Positions 1 through 8,785 of a DNA stretch of 64,000 bases are shown one piece after another. Source of the DNA: a bacterium (GTDB taxonomy: Bacteria; Patescibacteriota; Gracilibacteria; Peribacterales; Peribacteraceae); contig JAQBVR010000001.1 of assembly GCA_027623015.1 (NCBI GenBank), positions 14,773 through 78,772 of the forward strand. Reading direction: 5' to 3'. The number at the start of each line of letters is the position of its first letter. The stretch's first letter is position 1. The notes beneath the pieces are model-generated. The model ran no database searches, was not told where the DNA came from, and saw only the letters and a program-made list of their open reading frames with translations. The translations under genes and the position numbers were made by a program.

Positions 1-468
1 TACCCAGGTGGCCCTGCTATCGCAGCTGCAGCAGAAGGTGGGGATCCACATGCATACCCATTCCCTTCCCCCTTAAAAGGTGACTCGACGTTGAATTTCA
101 GCTTCTCTGGACTCAAGACTGCTCTCAAATATACTTTGCGAGATATGAAGTCTGATCCTCGTATTGCGGATATCACTGCATCATATCAACATGCTCTTTG
201 CATGCATCTAACAGACCAACTTGTACAAGCAATAAGCCAGTATCCTGAAGTAAAGCAGGTCCACATCGTTGGAGGAGTTTCTGCAAATCTATATCTGCGA
301 TCACTTGTTGCAGAGAGATGTAGCATTCCAGTCATTACACCTTTACTGATAGCATACTGCACAGACAATGCTGCCATGATAGCTAGTGCAGCATTCTTTA
401 TTCACCAAGAGTCAGGAATAAAGGCATATGAAGCCTTTGAAACCTCTGCATCAAATGTCTTACTCTAA
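1..468 (+). CDS. tsaD: tRNA N6-adenosine threonylcarbamoyltransferase TsaD (Kae1/Gcp family), C-terminal part; 5' end outside window
   Basis: Frame 1 is open from nt 1 (YPGGPAIAAAAEGGDPHAYPFPSPLKGDSTLNFSFSGLKTA...) and continues into listed ORF 91..468. The blocks FSFSGLKTA, VHIVGGVSAN and AYCTDNAAMIA are typical TsaD C-terminal motifs. Confidence 0.85.
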   Translation, partial: YPGGPAIAAAAEGGDPHAYPFPSPLKGDSTLNFSFSGLKTALKYTLRDMKSDPRIADITASYQHALCMHLTDQLVQAISQYPEVKQVHIVGGVSANLYLRSLVAERCSIPVITPLLIAYCTDNAAMIASAAFFIHQESGIKAYEAFETSASNVLL

Positions 469-473
469 GGTCC

Positions 474-566
474 CTAAAATGCTGTGATCACTGGAAGCAA
501 AGCTCCAAGTAAGAGACCAACAACTCCGAGAATTGCCACGATACGGACGACTTTCTTTTGTTTCAT
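474..566 (-). CDS. Unlisted 30-aa micro-ORF encoding a single-pass membrane peptide (MKQKKVVRIVAILGVVGLLLGALLPVITAF)
   Basis: Hand translation of the minus strand. Its ATG (566..564) overlaps the TGA stop (565..563) of the upstream PKD gene as ATGA. It has a basic N-terminus followed by a hydrophobic helix. It is below the 60-aa cutoff of the ORF track. Confidence 0.35.
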   Translation of the reverse strand: MKQKKVVRIVAILGVVGLLLGALLPVITAF

Positions 567-2491
567 TCGTTTTCTGCGGTAATGATCAAAACTTCTTGAC
601 TGACACTTCCAGATTGGTCCTGTAGCTGCAAACGAACGTTATACACTCCGGAACGCTCAAATACATGGATGGGAGAAGCTTCTTCACTCTGTGCACCATC
701 ACCAAAGTCCCATTTGACCGAGGTGGAATTTCCAGTGGAGCATGACATATCAAAGCTTACTCCCAGCGGCGCTTTTCCACTTACACGACTGGTACTGAAG
801 CATGCATCGAGAACCGGCGCACGTATGACGATAGTTTTCGTCGCAGAGATCTTATCTCCTGTTACTGTAAATGCTGTAGCAGTCACTTCGTATGTGCCTG
901 GGCTATCAAACAGATACTCTACCTGCGCTCCTCCTTGCAATGGTGTTGATAGGCCTCCCTTTCTGTCCCTACTACCAAATACCCATTCAAATCCTGTAAT
1001 CTCATCTCCTGGAATGACTGTCTCTGACGCATCAAATCGAACGAGAAGAGGTGCAACTCCGTTATCTGGACTCATGCGAAATGTTACACTTGAACCTGGT
1101 GGCCTTGCATCAAGTGTAAGAGGCAATCGCAATACACTCCCTTCGGCATCTGTCGCAATAAGTGTGAGAATATAGGTGCCAGGTCTTCGGTACGTTGCTT
1201 TCAGTGTTGTGTCTGTTTGGAGAACTACCGTAGCCTTAGGAGCCTCCCAGAAGAAGTCAATAAGTGGCTGACTAGTGATGGGTGTTAGACTTACTTCTAC
1301 AGGGATTTCCGCAGATAATTTATTCCCCTGAACCACTGGCATTCCTTCGAAGCGCAGATCGTTTATGGAAAGAACACTGACGACACTTACATCTTTGTAC
1401 ACTTTAGCGATCATACCCCCGCTAAGAGAGCGTACTTCTGCTGTTACACGATGTTCGTTAATATCTCTAAATGTGTGCCCCACCCTGTCTCCAGTAGCAA
1501 CTTCCCCATCCCCAAATTCCCATTGAACTTCATGATGAGGCTCATCAGTATTTATGGTAAATATGACACCAAATGGTGGGGGACTAATGAGGTACTCTGG
1601 TTCTGTAGTTATCGATACTGGAAATGGTAACGGTAATGGTAAGTGAACAGTGATCGTTTTATCCATCTCTACTTGATTTTGGTTTTGAAAGAGGATCACT
1701 GCACGAATAGCTTCTTCACCTGTACGTAGGAATGTGTATCGTACTGATGGCTCATCTGAAACTTTGTCAATTTCTCCGTCGTTATTGAAGTCCCAGCGAA
1801 CTTCGCGAATAGGATTATCTTTTGATATTAGATGTGCAATGCTAAATGTCACAGGTTCATCGACGATTGGTTTAATAGGCTTTACTGAGAATACTGCACG
1901 AGGAATAGTGATACGCATCAACACAGTTCTAGATGAACCGTCATTCATATACATGCGTGCACGAACGACAAAGACACCCTTCTTGTCGTATACAGCAGAT
2001 GCAAATGGCTCAAATGTCTCATCTTCCATCTTTCCATCACCATCAAAGTCCCATTCATACTTCACAGGCTTCAAGCCTCGGACTGCAAGTATCTGGACTG
2101 ACTCTTCGAGGCTAAATGTGATAGAAATTGGTGCAACTAACTCTCGTACATTTACTGGATCAGCTATATGTAAAACAAGAGCTGGTTCTTTTGGAATAGT
2201 CATAGGCACGATGACACTCATCACAATGCCTGGAAGTATTGCTACTACCACTTTAGAAATAGATATGGATTTCGACTGAAGTGTCGCATATTGGTTACGT
2301 AAAATACGCCGTATAAACATTGTTGCTATAAACGTGATTAACGTTCCAAATGATAACGTGCTCATGCTTCCTACGGATATAAGCTCTTGGTAATCTCCTT
2401 GTGGGTTTGGCAATACACCCAACAAAAAGACACACCACAGCAAGTAGATGATATATGGTGTGACGAGTAACCCAAGTATTAGATACTTCAT
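563..2491 (-). CDS. Membrane-anchored surface protein with about six PKD-type repeats
   Basis: N-terminal hydrophobic helices (LILGLLVTPYIIYLLWCVFLLGVL, LSFGTLITFIATMFI, VVVAILPGIVMSVIVPM). These are followed by recurring PKD signatures: WDFDGDGKMED, WDFNNDGEID, WEFGDGEVATG, FEWVFGSRD, WDFGDGAQSE. Confidence 0.8.
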   Translation of the reverse strand: MKYLILGLLVTPYIIYLLWCVFLLGVLPNPQGDYQELISVGSMSTLSFGTLITFIATMFIRRILRNQYATLQSKSISISKVVVAILPGIVMSVIVPMTIPKEPALVLHIADPVNVRELVAPISITFSLEESVQILAVRGLKPVKYEWDFDGDGKMEDETFEPFASAVYDKKGVFVVRARMYMNDGSSRTVLMRITIPRAVFSVKPIKPIVDEPVTFSIAHLISKDNPIREVRWDFNNDGEIDKVSDEPSVRYTFLRTGEEAIRAVILFQNQNQVEMDKTITVHLPLPLPFPVSITTEPEYLISPPPFGVIFTINTDEPHHEVQWEFGDGEVATGDRVGHTFRDINEHRVTAEVRSLSGGMIAKVYKDVSVVSVLSINDLRFEGMPVVQGNKLSAEIPVEVSLTPITSQPLIDFFWEAPKATVVLQTDTTLKATYRRPGTYILTLIATDAEGSVLRLPLTLDARPPGSSVTFRMSPDNGVAPLLVRFDASETVIPGDEITGFEWVFGSRDRKGGLSTPLQGGAQVEYLFDSPGTYEVTATAFTVTGDKISATKTIVIRAPVLDACFSTSRVSGKAPLGVSFDMSCSTGNSTSVKWDFGDGAQSEEASPIHVFERSGVYNVRLQLQDQSGSVSQEVLIITAENE

Positions 2492-2550
2492 TCCACTTGA
2501 AGCTGCAGGAGCAGATTCTTCTTCAGGGCCGATACTGTCTACACTTGGGC

Positions 2551-3546
2551 TTATGGGGAGATTTGGTTAGAGTATGGATTTGCTGCTCCTTCATCGAAAA
2601 GCTGCTGTAGCAAATCTTCTTCAAATACAGATGGATCTAGAGGAACTATTTCTGCCGTAGGGAGAGGTGTGTTGAGCAACTGCATAGGTATAAATGGCTT
2701 CGCATCTGCTGGAGGTACTACATCTGGAGCATTGTTATGGTCAAATATATCGACAGTTACTGAAGTGAACAAAGACTGTGCTCCTGTTTTCATTGGTACT
2801 GTAACGGTCCATTGAAGCTTACGGATGAGAAATGATTCAGCATCTATCCAGATTTGCCCTTTTGCATCAATACCAGCAAGGTCTTCTTCCGTGGTACCTG
2901 TATTGACATCTTCTCCACGGCTCTCAGCAAGTTCTGTGAGATATGCGATAAGCTTTTCATGGTCTATCTCAACATCATACCGATAGCACTCACTGCCACG
3001 AATAGAAGCGAAGCCTCGCTCTTCTGTGATCCGCACAACTTCAGCTTGTGCTTGTAAGATGCGAGGGTCTGGAGTGAGCTGAACAGGACTTACTGCTGAG
3101 TCATCTCGTGGCAGTACCCACCAAATTCCAATGAACTTCTTTAAAAGATCTTCTCGAAATAGAGTTTGGGCCATAAGCCCCGTCCAACTGTTTGCACGAA
3201 GAAAGATATCATCTGGTCCAGTGACTACCAGATCAATACTTGCCTGTAGATCTGCAGTACCTTGGAGTGCGTTCACACCAACAGTAAGAGCTATCTTTTC
3301 ACCGAAGTCTTGTAATAATCCTTCTAAAGAAAATGTCCCTTTTGTCGTCTGGGCATCTTTATGCAACAACGAGAAGGAGCCTTCAGCATCGTAACGAGCA
3401 GATACTAGTTCAGCGCTTTTTAGTGCTGCCTTCTGCAAAACCTCAGCTGCTGGCAAAATATCATGGTGCTGTTGCACTGTCGGTGTGCACCCAATAAGGA
3501 GTGACAACGAGAGGAATCCGATGGAGTAGATACAGCGCTTCAACAT
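2551..3546 (-). CDS. Putative lipoprotein, function unknown
   Basis: The internal Met gives MLKRCIYSIGFLSLSLLIGC, a classic lipobox (L-I-G-C). The listed ORF extends to 3609 but that extension lacks signal-peptide character. I recognised no catalytic motif. Confidence 0.6.
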   Translation of the reverse strand: MLKRCIYSIGFLSLSLLIGCTPTVQQHHDILPAAEVLQKAALKSAELVSARYDAEGSFSLLHKDAQTTKGTFSLEGLLQDFGEKIALTVGVNALQGTADLQASIDLVVTGPDDIFLRANSWTGLMAQTLFREDLLKKFIGIWWVLPRDDSAVSPVQLTPDPRILQAQAEVVRITEERGFASIRGSECYRYDVEIDHEKLIAYLTELAESRGEDVNTGTTEEDLAGIDAKGQIWIDAESFLIRKLQWTVTVPMKTGAQSLFTSVTVDIFDHNNAPDVVPPADAKPFIPMQLLNTPLPTAEIVPLDPSVFEEDLLQQLFDEGAANPYSNQISP

Positions 3547-3611
3547 CGGTTCATACTGTACACGATGAATCACTGTGGGCAAAGACAGAAAGGGCAATGC
3601 AAACCCCATTT

Positions 3612-4535
3612 TTAGTCACTACGTCTTCCTTTGAGCACCTCTGACTCAATGTCACCTGGCTCCTCCAGAAGAAGTTGGATTGTTCTACTCCTACTAGCAC
3701 GTACATCTGCCCTAAGTGTAAGCGTTTTTGCTTGATTCTTTTTTAAGAAGAATGGCGGACTAAAAACAAGCCTAACACGATTATTTTGCAGTTGCGAAAC
3801 AATGTTTGTCACTCGCCTCGTACCTGCTTCTAGGTACAACCCGCTTAAATCTGCATCTCGTGCAGAACCATTGTTGGTGATAGTCACTGCTGTGACACGG
3901 TGATCATCTGCACCGTCTGCCTCTATACCTAGTCGCATGACGACACGGTCTGCTCCGTAACGAATGCGTTGCAAGACCTTGGGGTACGACACTGTGATGT
4001 TCCCTTGCCTTGTGCCGACAGTCCTTTGTTGTATATCATGCTGTGCACCTCTGCGAAGGTGTACATACGCTCCAGATGTTTCTATATCATCTGGGCTCTC
4101 AATAATAAATGTATGCTCTCCAGAGAGAGAAGCATCTGGGGAAAAGTCTGCAAATATATCTATAGTTTCTGACGAACACGCAGCTACAACAAACGACCGA
4201 AGATTCAACTGTGCATAGCCCTTTCTGCTTACCTGACGACCACGTGTAAGACGCTGGTTGCCGCTCATGGCATAGACAGAGAGTACGTCGTTACTACTAC
4301 CAAATCCTCGGCGACGGACTTCGATGGTATGTATAGGAACATCTGCATGGCACGATGCGTCTAGAGTTAGTGATAACATAGGCACACGCTGTGAACCAGG
4401 GGCAAAGCTACGCCCAGCCGTCTGACGTAATTCTACAGTGAGATTGCTACCAGAAGGCTGTGACAACTCAGTGCCACGTAGCACTGGAATAGCAAAATGA
4501 TGCAATGAGTATGCTATAAGCAAAGAAGTGATCAT
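3612..4535 (-). CDS. Secreted or membrane-anchored hypothetical protein (two similar beta-rich halves)
   Basis: Long ORF and first gene of a same-strand trio with 2551..3546 and 563..2491. The ATG at 4535 is preceded by TATACT plus 6 nt. The listed start at 4541 is TTG. Hydrophobic N-terminus: MITSLLIAYSLHHFAIPVL. Confidence 0.6.
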   Translation of the reverse strand: MITSLLIAYSLHHFAIPVLRGTELSQPSGSNLTVELRQTAGRSFAPGSQRVPMLSLTLDASCHADVPIHTIEVRRRGFGSSNDVLSVYAMSGNQRLTRGRQVSRKGYAQLNLRSFVVAACSSETIDIFADFSPDASLSGEHTFIIESPDDIETSGAYVHLRRGAQHDIQQRTVGTRQGNITVSYPKVLQRIRYGADRVVMRLGIEADGADDHRVTAVTITNNGSARDADLSGLYLEAGTRRVTNIVSQLQNNRVRLVFSPPFFLKKNQAKTLTLRADVRASRSRTIQLLLEEPGDIESEVLKGRRSD

Positions 4536-4541
4536 GCACAA

Positions 4542-4547
4542 AGTATA
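4542..4547 (-). promoter_or_regulatory. -10 box TATACT, 6 nt upstream of ATG 4535 (leaderless-type promoter)
   Basis: The minus strand reads CCG TATACT TTGTGC ATG. Confidence 0.45.
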
Positions 4548-4591
4548 CGGTGACCTTCAATTTTAAGATAATTGCCTTATATTTATTATTG

Positions 4592-4600
4592 TGTTATAAT
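4592..4600 (+). promoter_or_regulatory. Extended -10 box TGTTATAAT, 7 nt upstream of ATG 4608 (leaderless-type promoter)
   Basis: The plus strand reads GTG TTATAAT GTAACAA ATG. There is no Shine-Dalgarno sequence. Confidence 0.5.
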
Positions 4601-4607
4601 GTAACAA

Positions 4608-4853
4608 ATGAATATCAACCCCATTGAAGTAGGTGCTAGTCCTATAGGTCCAACACCAGGAATCGAAAGTATGGTAAGTCCTATAGGCGCACCACCAAAT
4701 ATAGCAGCACAGAGCTCTAATGTTGTAGGAAATCTTGCTACATCTATAAACGGCGCAGGGGCTGAACTTCTTGGTGCTGGTATTGGAATCTTCCTCATTG
4801 TCTATGCAACTCGCAAAGTGCTGCAGGGTCTAGGTGTAATCAAGCAGACCTAG
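4608..4853 (+). CDS. Small C-terminally anchored protein with SPIG(P/A)xP repeats, function unknown
   Basis: A consensus extended -10 sits immediately upstream. There is a C-terminal TM helix (LLGAGIGIFLIVYATRK). I prefer it over the antisense ORF 4586..4798 because of the promoter and the TM topology. Confidence 0.45.
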   Translation: MNINPIEVGASPIGPTPGIESMVSPIGAPPNIAAQSSNVVGNLATSINGAGAELLGAGIGIFLIVYATRKVLQGLGVIKQT

Positions 4854-5201
4854 AGACACTGACTGTATATCACGTTGTGTTTTTGGTATGGCGACATTTG
4901 GATCTGTAGAAACAGTAAGTACTGAGTTCCTATTTGCCTCAGCAACAAGGTTATCTATATGCTTCTGTGATACAGTTGATAGTAATTGGATGACAAGCCC
5001 ATCGTCTTGAGAACTATACGATATACAGTGTTCTGTTAGGGTATCGACTTCAAGTATCGTACGAATACGATCAAGTTGTTGTATGATCTGATTATTGATC
5101 TCTAGGATAACAGCACACAGGTCTTCCCCTAAGCGCAATCGAGAAGCCTGCATCTTGTCTTGATCGTAGACAATGCCGAGATAGTACGTACTTGAAGACA
5201 T
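4830..5201 (-). CDS. Hypothetical protein
   Basis: 123-aa ORF with balanced composition and no recognisable motif. It converges on and overlaps the end of 4608..4853. Confidence 0.4.
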   Translation of the reverse strand: MSSSTYYLGIVYDQDKMQASRLRLGEDLCAVILEINNQIIQQLDRIRTILEVDTLTEHCISYSSQDDGLVIQLLSTVSQKHIDNLVAEANRNSVLTVSTDPNVAIPKTQRDIQSVSLGLLDYT

Positions 5202-5651
5202 GAGAGATCACTCTCTCATACATCTGAAACTCCTAAAGAATAAATCTCATGAAAATAGTGTCGGATGTATACACTCGAAGAACTATAAAGAATTCTCATC
5301 CTTTTAGCTAACCTAAGATGAATACCCCATATTTTAGCCATTTGTGAACACTTTATTTGTTCATAACTATCCTTTGCATATTCTGGAGCAATGTAAGGAC
5401 TTCTTGGCTTAGGTTAGACGAGTACCCTACTCTGTAGTCCTATATTAGTCTGAACACATAATTTACCCATATAGTACTAGACATCACATGGGGAATCCGT
5501 ACACTGCCCGAGCTCTATAAATGAGCCTATTATGGTATACGTGAAACAGTTCTCACATCACATGTCTTCTAGCGTCGTGCTCATGCACGTACTGCTTATC
5601 ACCGCGTTCACGGTGAGTATGATGACACTTGGCTAATACCTAGAAGAAGAA

Positions 5652-6179
5652 TTGATCCCTAACCAGAACAAGCGTAGCTTGCTTCCAATTTTTATGCGTG
5701 AACAATTACTTCAACCAGAGGTGATCGAAAGTCTAGCGGTTCCAGATTCTGACAACCTCCGTCTAGAACTTTTGTGCACTGGGGGAATTGGCAATAGCTA
5801 TGCGATACCAGCATTGCCAATGAGAGAATCTCACTTGTATACATCTAGACGTATGATAGATAGCAGCGGTGAACATCCGAGAAACATTCTTTGGTCTAGG
5901 AGTACTTTACGTAAATGGTCTCCAGAATCTAATGAGATGGATGTAAGTAGCATTGTACATTTAATCGAACAAGATCGAAACATACTTGGTCGCAATCTAG
6001 CAAAAATGGTTGAAATCGGAATAGATGAATACCTCAGACTATATGCTGGAAAAGATCCACAAAATTGCCTAGAAAAAGATCTTTTTAGAATTTGTGAAAT
6101 GATACGATTGACCAAAGATGGGCTACTCTTAGTCTTCAATGGAGACATAAGACTGGTGCCTATCTCTGATGATGCGTAA
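5652..6179 (+). CDS. Hypothetical protein
   Basis: 175-aa ORF with a TTG start as listed and no recognisable motif. The antisense ORF 5831..6148 has S/L/R-rich composition typical of a shadow frame. Confidence 0.45.
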   Translation: MIPNQNKRSLLPIFMREQLLQPEVIESLAVPDSDNLRLELLCTGGIGNSYAIPALPMRESHLYTSRRMIDSSGEHPRNILWSRSTLRKWSPESNEMDVSSIVHLIEQDRNILGRNLAKMVEIGIDEYLRLYAGKDPQNCLEKDLFRICEMIRLTKDGLLLVFNGDIRLVPISDDA

Positions 6180-6669
6180 GCACTCCTTCTGCAACATGCC
6201 CAGCAGGTGCAGGATCACCGTCGTCAGGCTCAAGAGTGATGACGACTTTTGTGTATCCTGTTAGGTTCTTGTCTGTTTCAAACTGAATGAAGTGTCGTAC
6301 ATCTCCGAAGCGGCTCTTTGCATGACCTGTGCTGATGACATCTCCATCTTTGATGATCCACCCCTCGTAGAAGTATCCATCTTCCGGACGTTTAATATTG
6401 AGCTGAGCTGTGTGAAGAGAGGCACCATCTGCATATACATGCACCTGTGCAACACCATTGGCAATAGCTGCTTCTACTCCCGTTAGAGACCCAATGGCAA
6501 ACCATTCTTCTTGCCCATGTTTGAGGTCTGCTACCTTTCCCCCTGTAGGCATAGGCTTGCGGATCACCTCGACATTATCGACGCCATTAAATCCGACTTC
6601 AACATCGACTGTATCTCCACATGCAGAGAGCAGGAGTACAAAAGCCAGCGCTCGGAAGATCTTCTTCAT
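6160..6669 (-). CDS. Putative lipoprotein, function unknown
   Basis: MKKIFRALAFVLLLSACGD carries a lipobox (L-S-A-C). The rest is beta-rich. CATAGTAC lies just upstream of the ATG. Confidence 0.65.
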   Translation of the reverse strand: MKKIFRALAFVLLLSACGDTVDVEVGFNGVDNVEVIRKPMPTGGKVADLKHGQEEWFAIGSLTGVEAAIANGVAQVHVYADGASLHTAQLNIKRPEDGYFYEGWIIKDGDVISTGHAKSRFGDVRHFIQFETDKNLTGYTKVVITLEPDDGDPAPAGHVAEGVLTHHQR

Positions 6670-6692
6670 AAGAACGTACTATGTTATGTACT

Positions 6693-8696
6693 CTACCATA
6701 AGAATCCTGGAGCACGAGAGCGAATCTTGTTCCTTTCGAGTTTAGCATTGTGGTCCACTCTGGCTGCAAGCACTTCGTAGAGCGGCGCTTCTCGTCGGTA
6801 GATACGTGCAAAGGTATCTGCCAGATCTATGAAATCCTCTACATTTGGCGATAGGGCTATGAAGTGGGTGTTCTTTGTGATGGCATCCGCAAAGCCACGT
6901 AAGAGTACATCGACTTCTTCTCGACGATCATCTACAGATTTGCGACCACCTCTATCGAGTTCTATAGCGATGATACCACCCATAATTCCAATGTCATTAA
7001 ACCCACCAAGTGATAAAGCATGTTCGTAGTCCTCAATCGCACCTTGTGTTTCACTTTGAAGATTGCGCAGAGCAGCGCGCCTCTTCCATGCCCGAGCATC
7101 TTCTCCGTTCCTTTTGAAGTACTCCGCAATAGCATCATTTGCTCTGCCATACTTACCCATATCTGTAAGGATCTCTGCCCTACTAAGTTGTAAGTCTCTT
7201 GCAAAGAGCTCACCCGAAGCTCTGTTGAACCAGATCATAGCAGCCTCAGAGTCCCCTGCTGCTTGCGCATGACGCCCTACAGATGATAGTACTAGATACC
7301 CTCCTTCAAGGATTGCGAAAGTAAGAAATATAATAGCTATTACCATCTCTGTGTGTCGTGCGATATACGCTGGAGCTCGCTTTGCCTTAGCCCACTCTAT
7401 GCGACTTGCTAGTACTCCAAGGAGTAACCAAAAGAGCATCGCTATAGAAACGAACTGCATGTTATAGTCTATGAGGTTGTGTGCCAGAGATCCCGCTAAG
7501 GCTACGCTAAGGAGTACACCAAAAGAGGCATGGTGTGGCCGTATAAATTCCTTTTTAAACTCTCCCTGTAAACCAGAGAGCATAACAGATCCAAAGAGCA
7601 CGAGAAGTGCAATAGCAACAGGCCAACCACGTTCGGCAGCAGCTTTTAGAAACACATTGTGTGGATGGTCTGATGTTGCTAGGACAGTAGTTTGGAATCG
7701 AGGTTGTACAAATCTGAAACTATACGGACCCCAACCAAACAGCGGCTTCTGGTTTGCTAGTGCTATAGCTTGCACCCAGAATTCTTGGCGCTCAGACACA
7801 GAGGATACACCTTCGTCTGCTGAGAACGTTACCTTTTCATTTACGGATATCACGTCATGTACGCGTTGCCTGAGAGCATTGGCAGCGCTGAAGTATGTCA
7901 GTGCAACAAGGAAGATGCCAGCTGTAACTGCAAGAACCTTTTTCCATGGAAAAGACTTTTTGAAGATGAAACCGTATAACGCTCCAAGTAGTACAAGCTG
8001 GCCACACAGTGCGATAGTTGCTCCGCGTGAGTAACTCAAGAAGAACGAGCCAAGCACGATGCCAACAGCGACACACCTTACCGCTGTATCTATGACTGTT
8101 TGCCTGTCCAGTTTAACAAAGCTCCACCCGCGAAATGCCCAGTAATAGACAAAAGGCCATGTCAGAAGTACAAAGTTGCTCCATGCATTTGGCCAGTAGT
8201 CAGTATGAAACCTCGCATCAAAGAATGTACCAACAAAGCGGTTTACTGGTTGCAATGTGTAGACAGCAAATCCGATACCACATGCAGTAAGTGTTACTAT
8301 CGCAATAGTACGAATGAGCTGAAGAAGAGTCTTATCGTAGAGTCTTTTATTCTGCGATGCCGTAAGTCGAACGACCCAAAGAAAAAGTAGTCCACAGGCT
8401 CCTGTTCGTAAGAGTTCGTCGAACCCATAATTTTGCGTACTTGAGAATGCAAAACTTATGAAGGTCCAACATATGAGAAAAATAACTGGTGCCCACAGCG
8501 CAAGATGAACACTGTCTTTTGCGTCTGTCCTCTTGAGAGTTTTATGAAGAAAGATAGTAAGAGCAAAAACAGCGCCAGCAAATATCCATGTTGACTCAAG
8601 ACTCTTGCCTCCTTTCCAAAGAACAGCAAAAGCAATCAGGGCAAAGATCCCATGGATGATATGATCTGTGGTGAGCGGTTTTCGAAGAAACTGCAT
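6693..8696 (-). CDS. O-antigen ligase-like (Wzy_C family) polytopic membrane protein with C-terminal TPR-like region
   Basis: More than 10 predicted TM helices. The loop SDHPHNVFLKAAAERGWP matches the conserved H-x-H-N...G signature of O-antigen ligase/polymerase domains. The C-terminal soluble part has TPR-like repeats (AIAEYFKRNGEDARAWKRRAALRNL, AIEDYEHALSLG). Confidence 0.7.
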   Translation of the reverse strand: MQFLRKPLTTDHIIHGIFALIAFAVLWKGGKSLESTWIFAGAVFALTIFLHKTLKRTDAKDSVHLALWAPVIFLICWTFISFAFSSTQNYGFDELLRTGACGLLFLWVVRLTASQNKRLYDKTLLQLIRTIAIVTLTACGIGFAVYTLQPVNRFVGTFFDARFHTDYWPNAWSNFVLLTWPFVYYWAFRGWSFVKLDRQTVIDTAVRCVAVGIVLGSFFLSYSRGATIALCGQLVLLGALYGFIFKKSFPWKKVLAVTAGIFLVALTYFSAANALRQRVHDVISVNEKVTFSADEGVSSVSERQEFWVQAIALANQKPLFGWGPYSFRFVQPRFQTTVLATSDHPHNVFLKAAAERGWPVAIALLVLFGSVMLSGLQGEFKKEFIRPHHASFGVLLSVALAGSLAHNLIDYNMQFVSIAMLFWLLLGVLASRIEWAKAKRAPAYIARHTEMVIAIIFLTFAILEGGYLVLSSVGRHAQAAGDSEAAMIWFNRASGELFARDLQLSRAEILTDMGKYGRANDAIAEYFKRNGEDARAWKRRAALRNLQSETQGAIEDYEHALSLGGFNDIGIMGGIIAIELDRGGRKSVDDRREEVDVLLRGFADAITKNTHFIALSPNVEDFIDLADTFARIYRREAPLYEVLAARVDHNAKLERNKIRSRAPGFLW

Positions 8697-8785
8697 GCTG
8701 CTATTTTGTCATATATGATCGGTAAAAGCACGTACATTGATCCTGTCAGTAGGTTGATCTTATGATAACCTGTAGGTACTAGCAG

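Noticed and set aside
563-565. Alternative genetic code (UGA or UAG reassignment, as in some CPR lineages).
   Set aside because: TGA terminates the PKD gene (563..565) and the membrane protein at 20587 at sensible positions. TAG terminates carB, and TAA terminates groEL and purF. Conserved proteins have normal lengths without internal stops. The single in-frame TAG at 46831 is better explained as a nonsense mutation.
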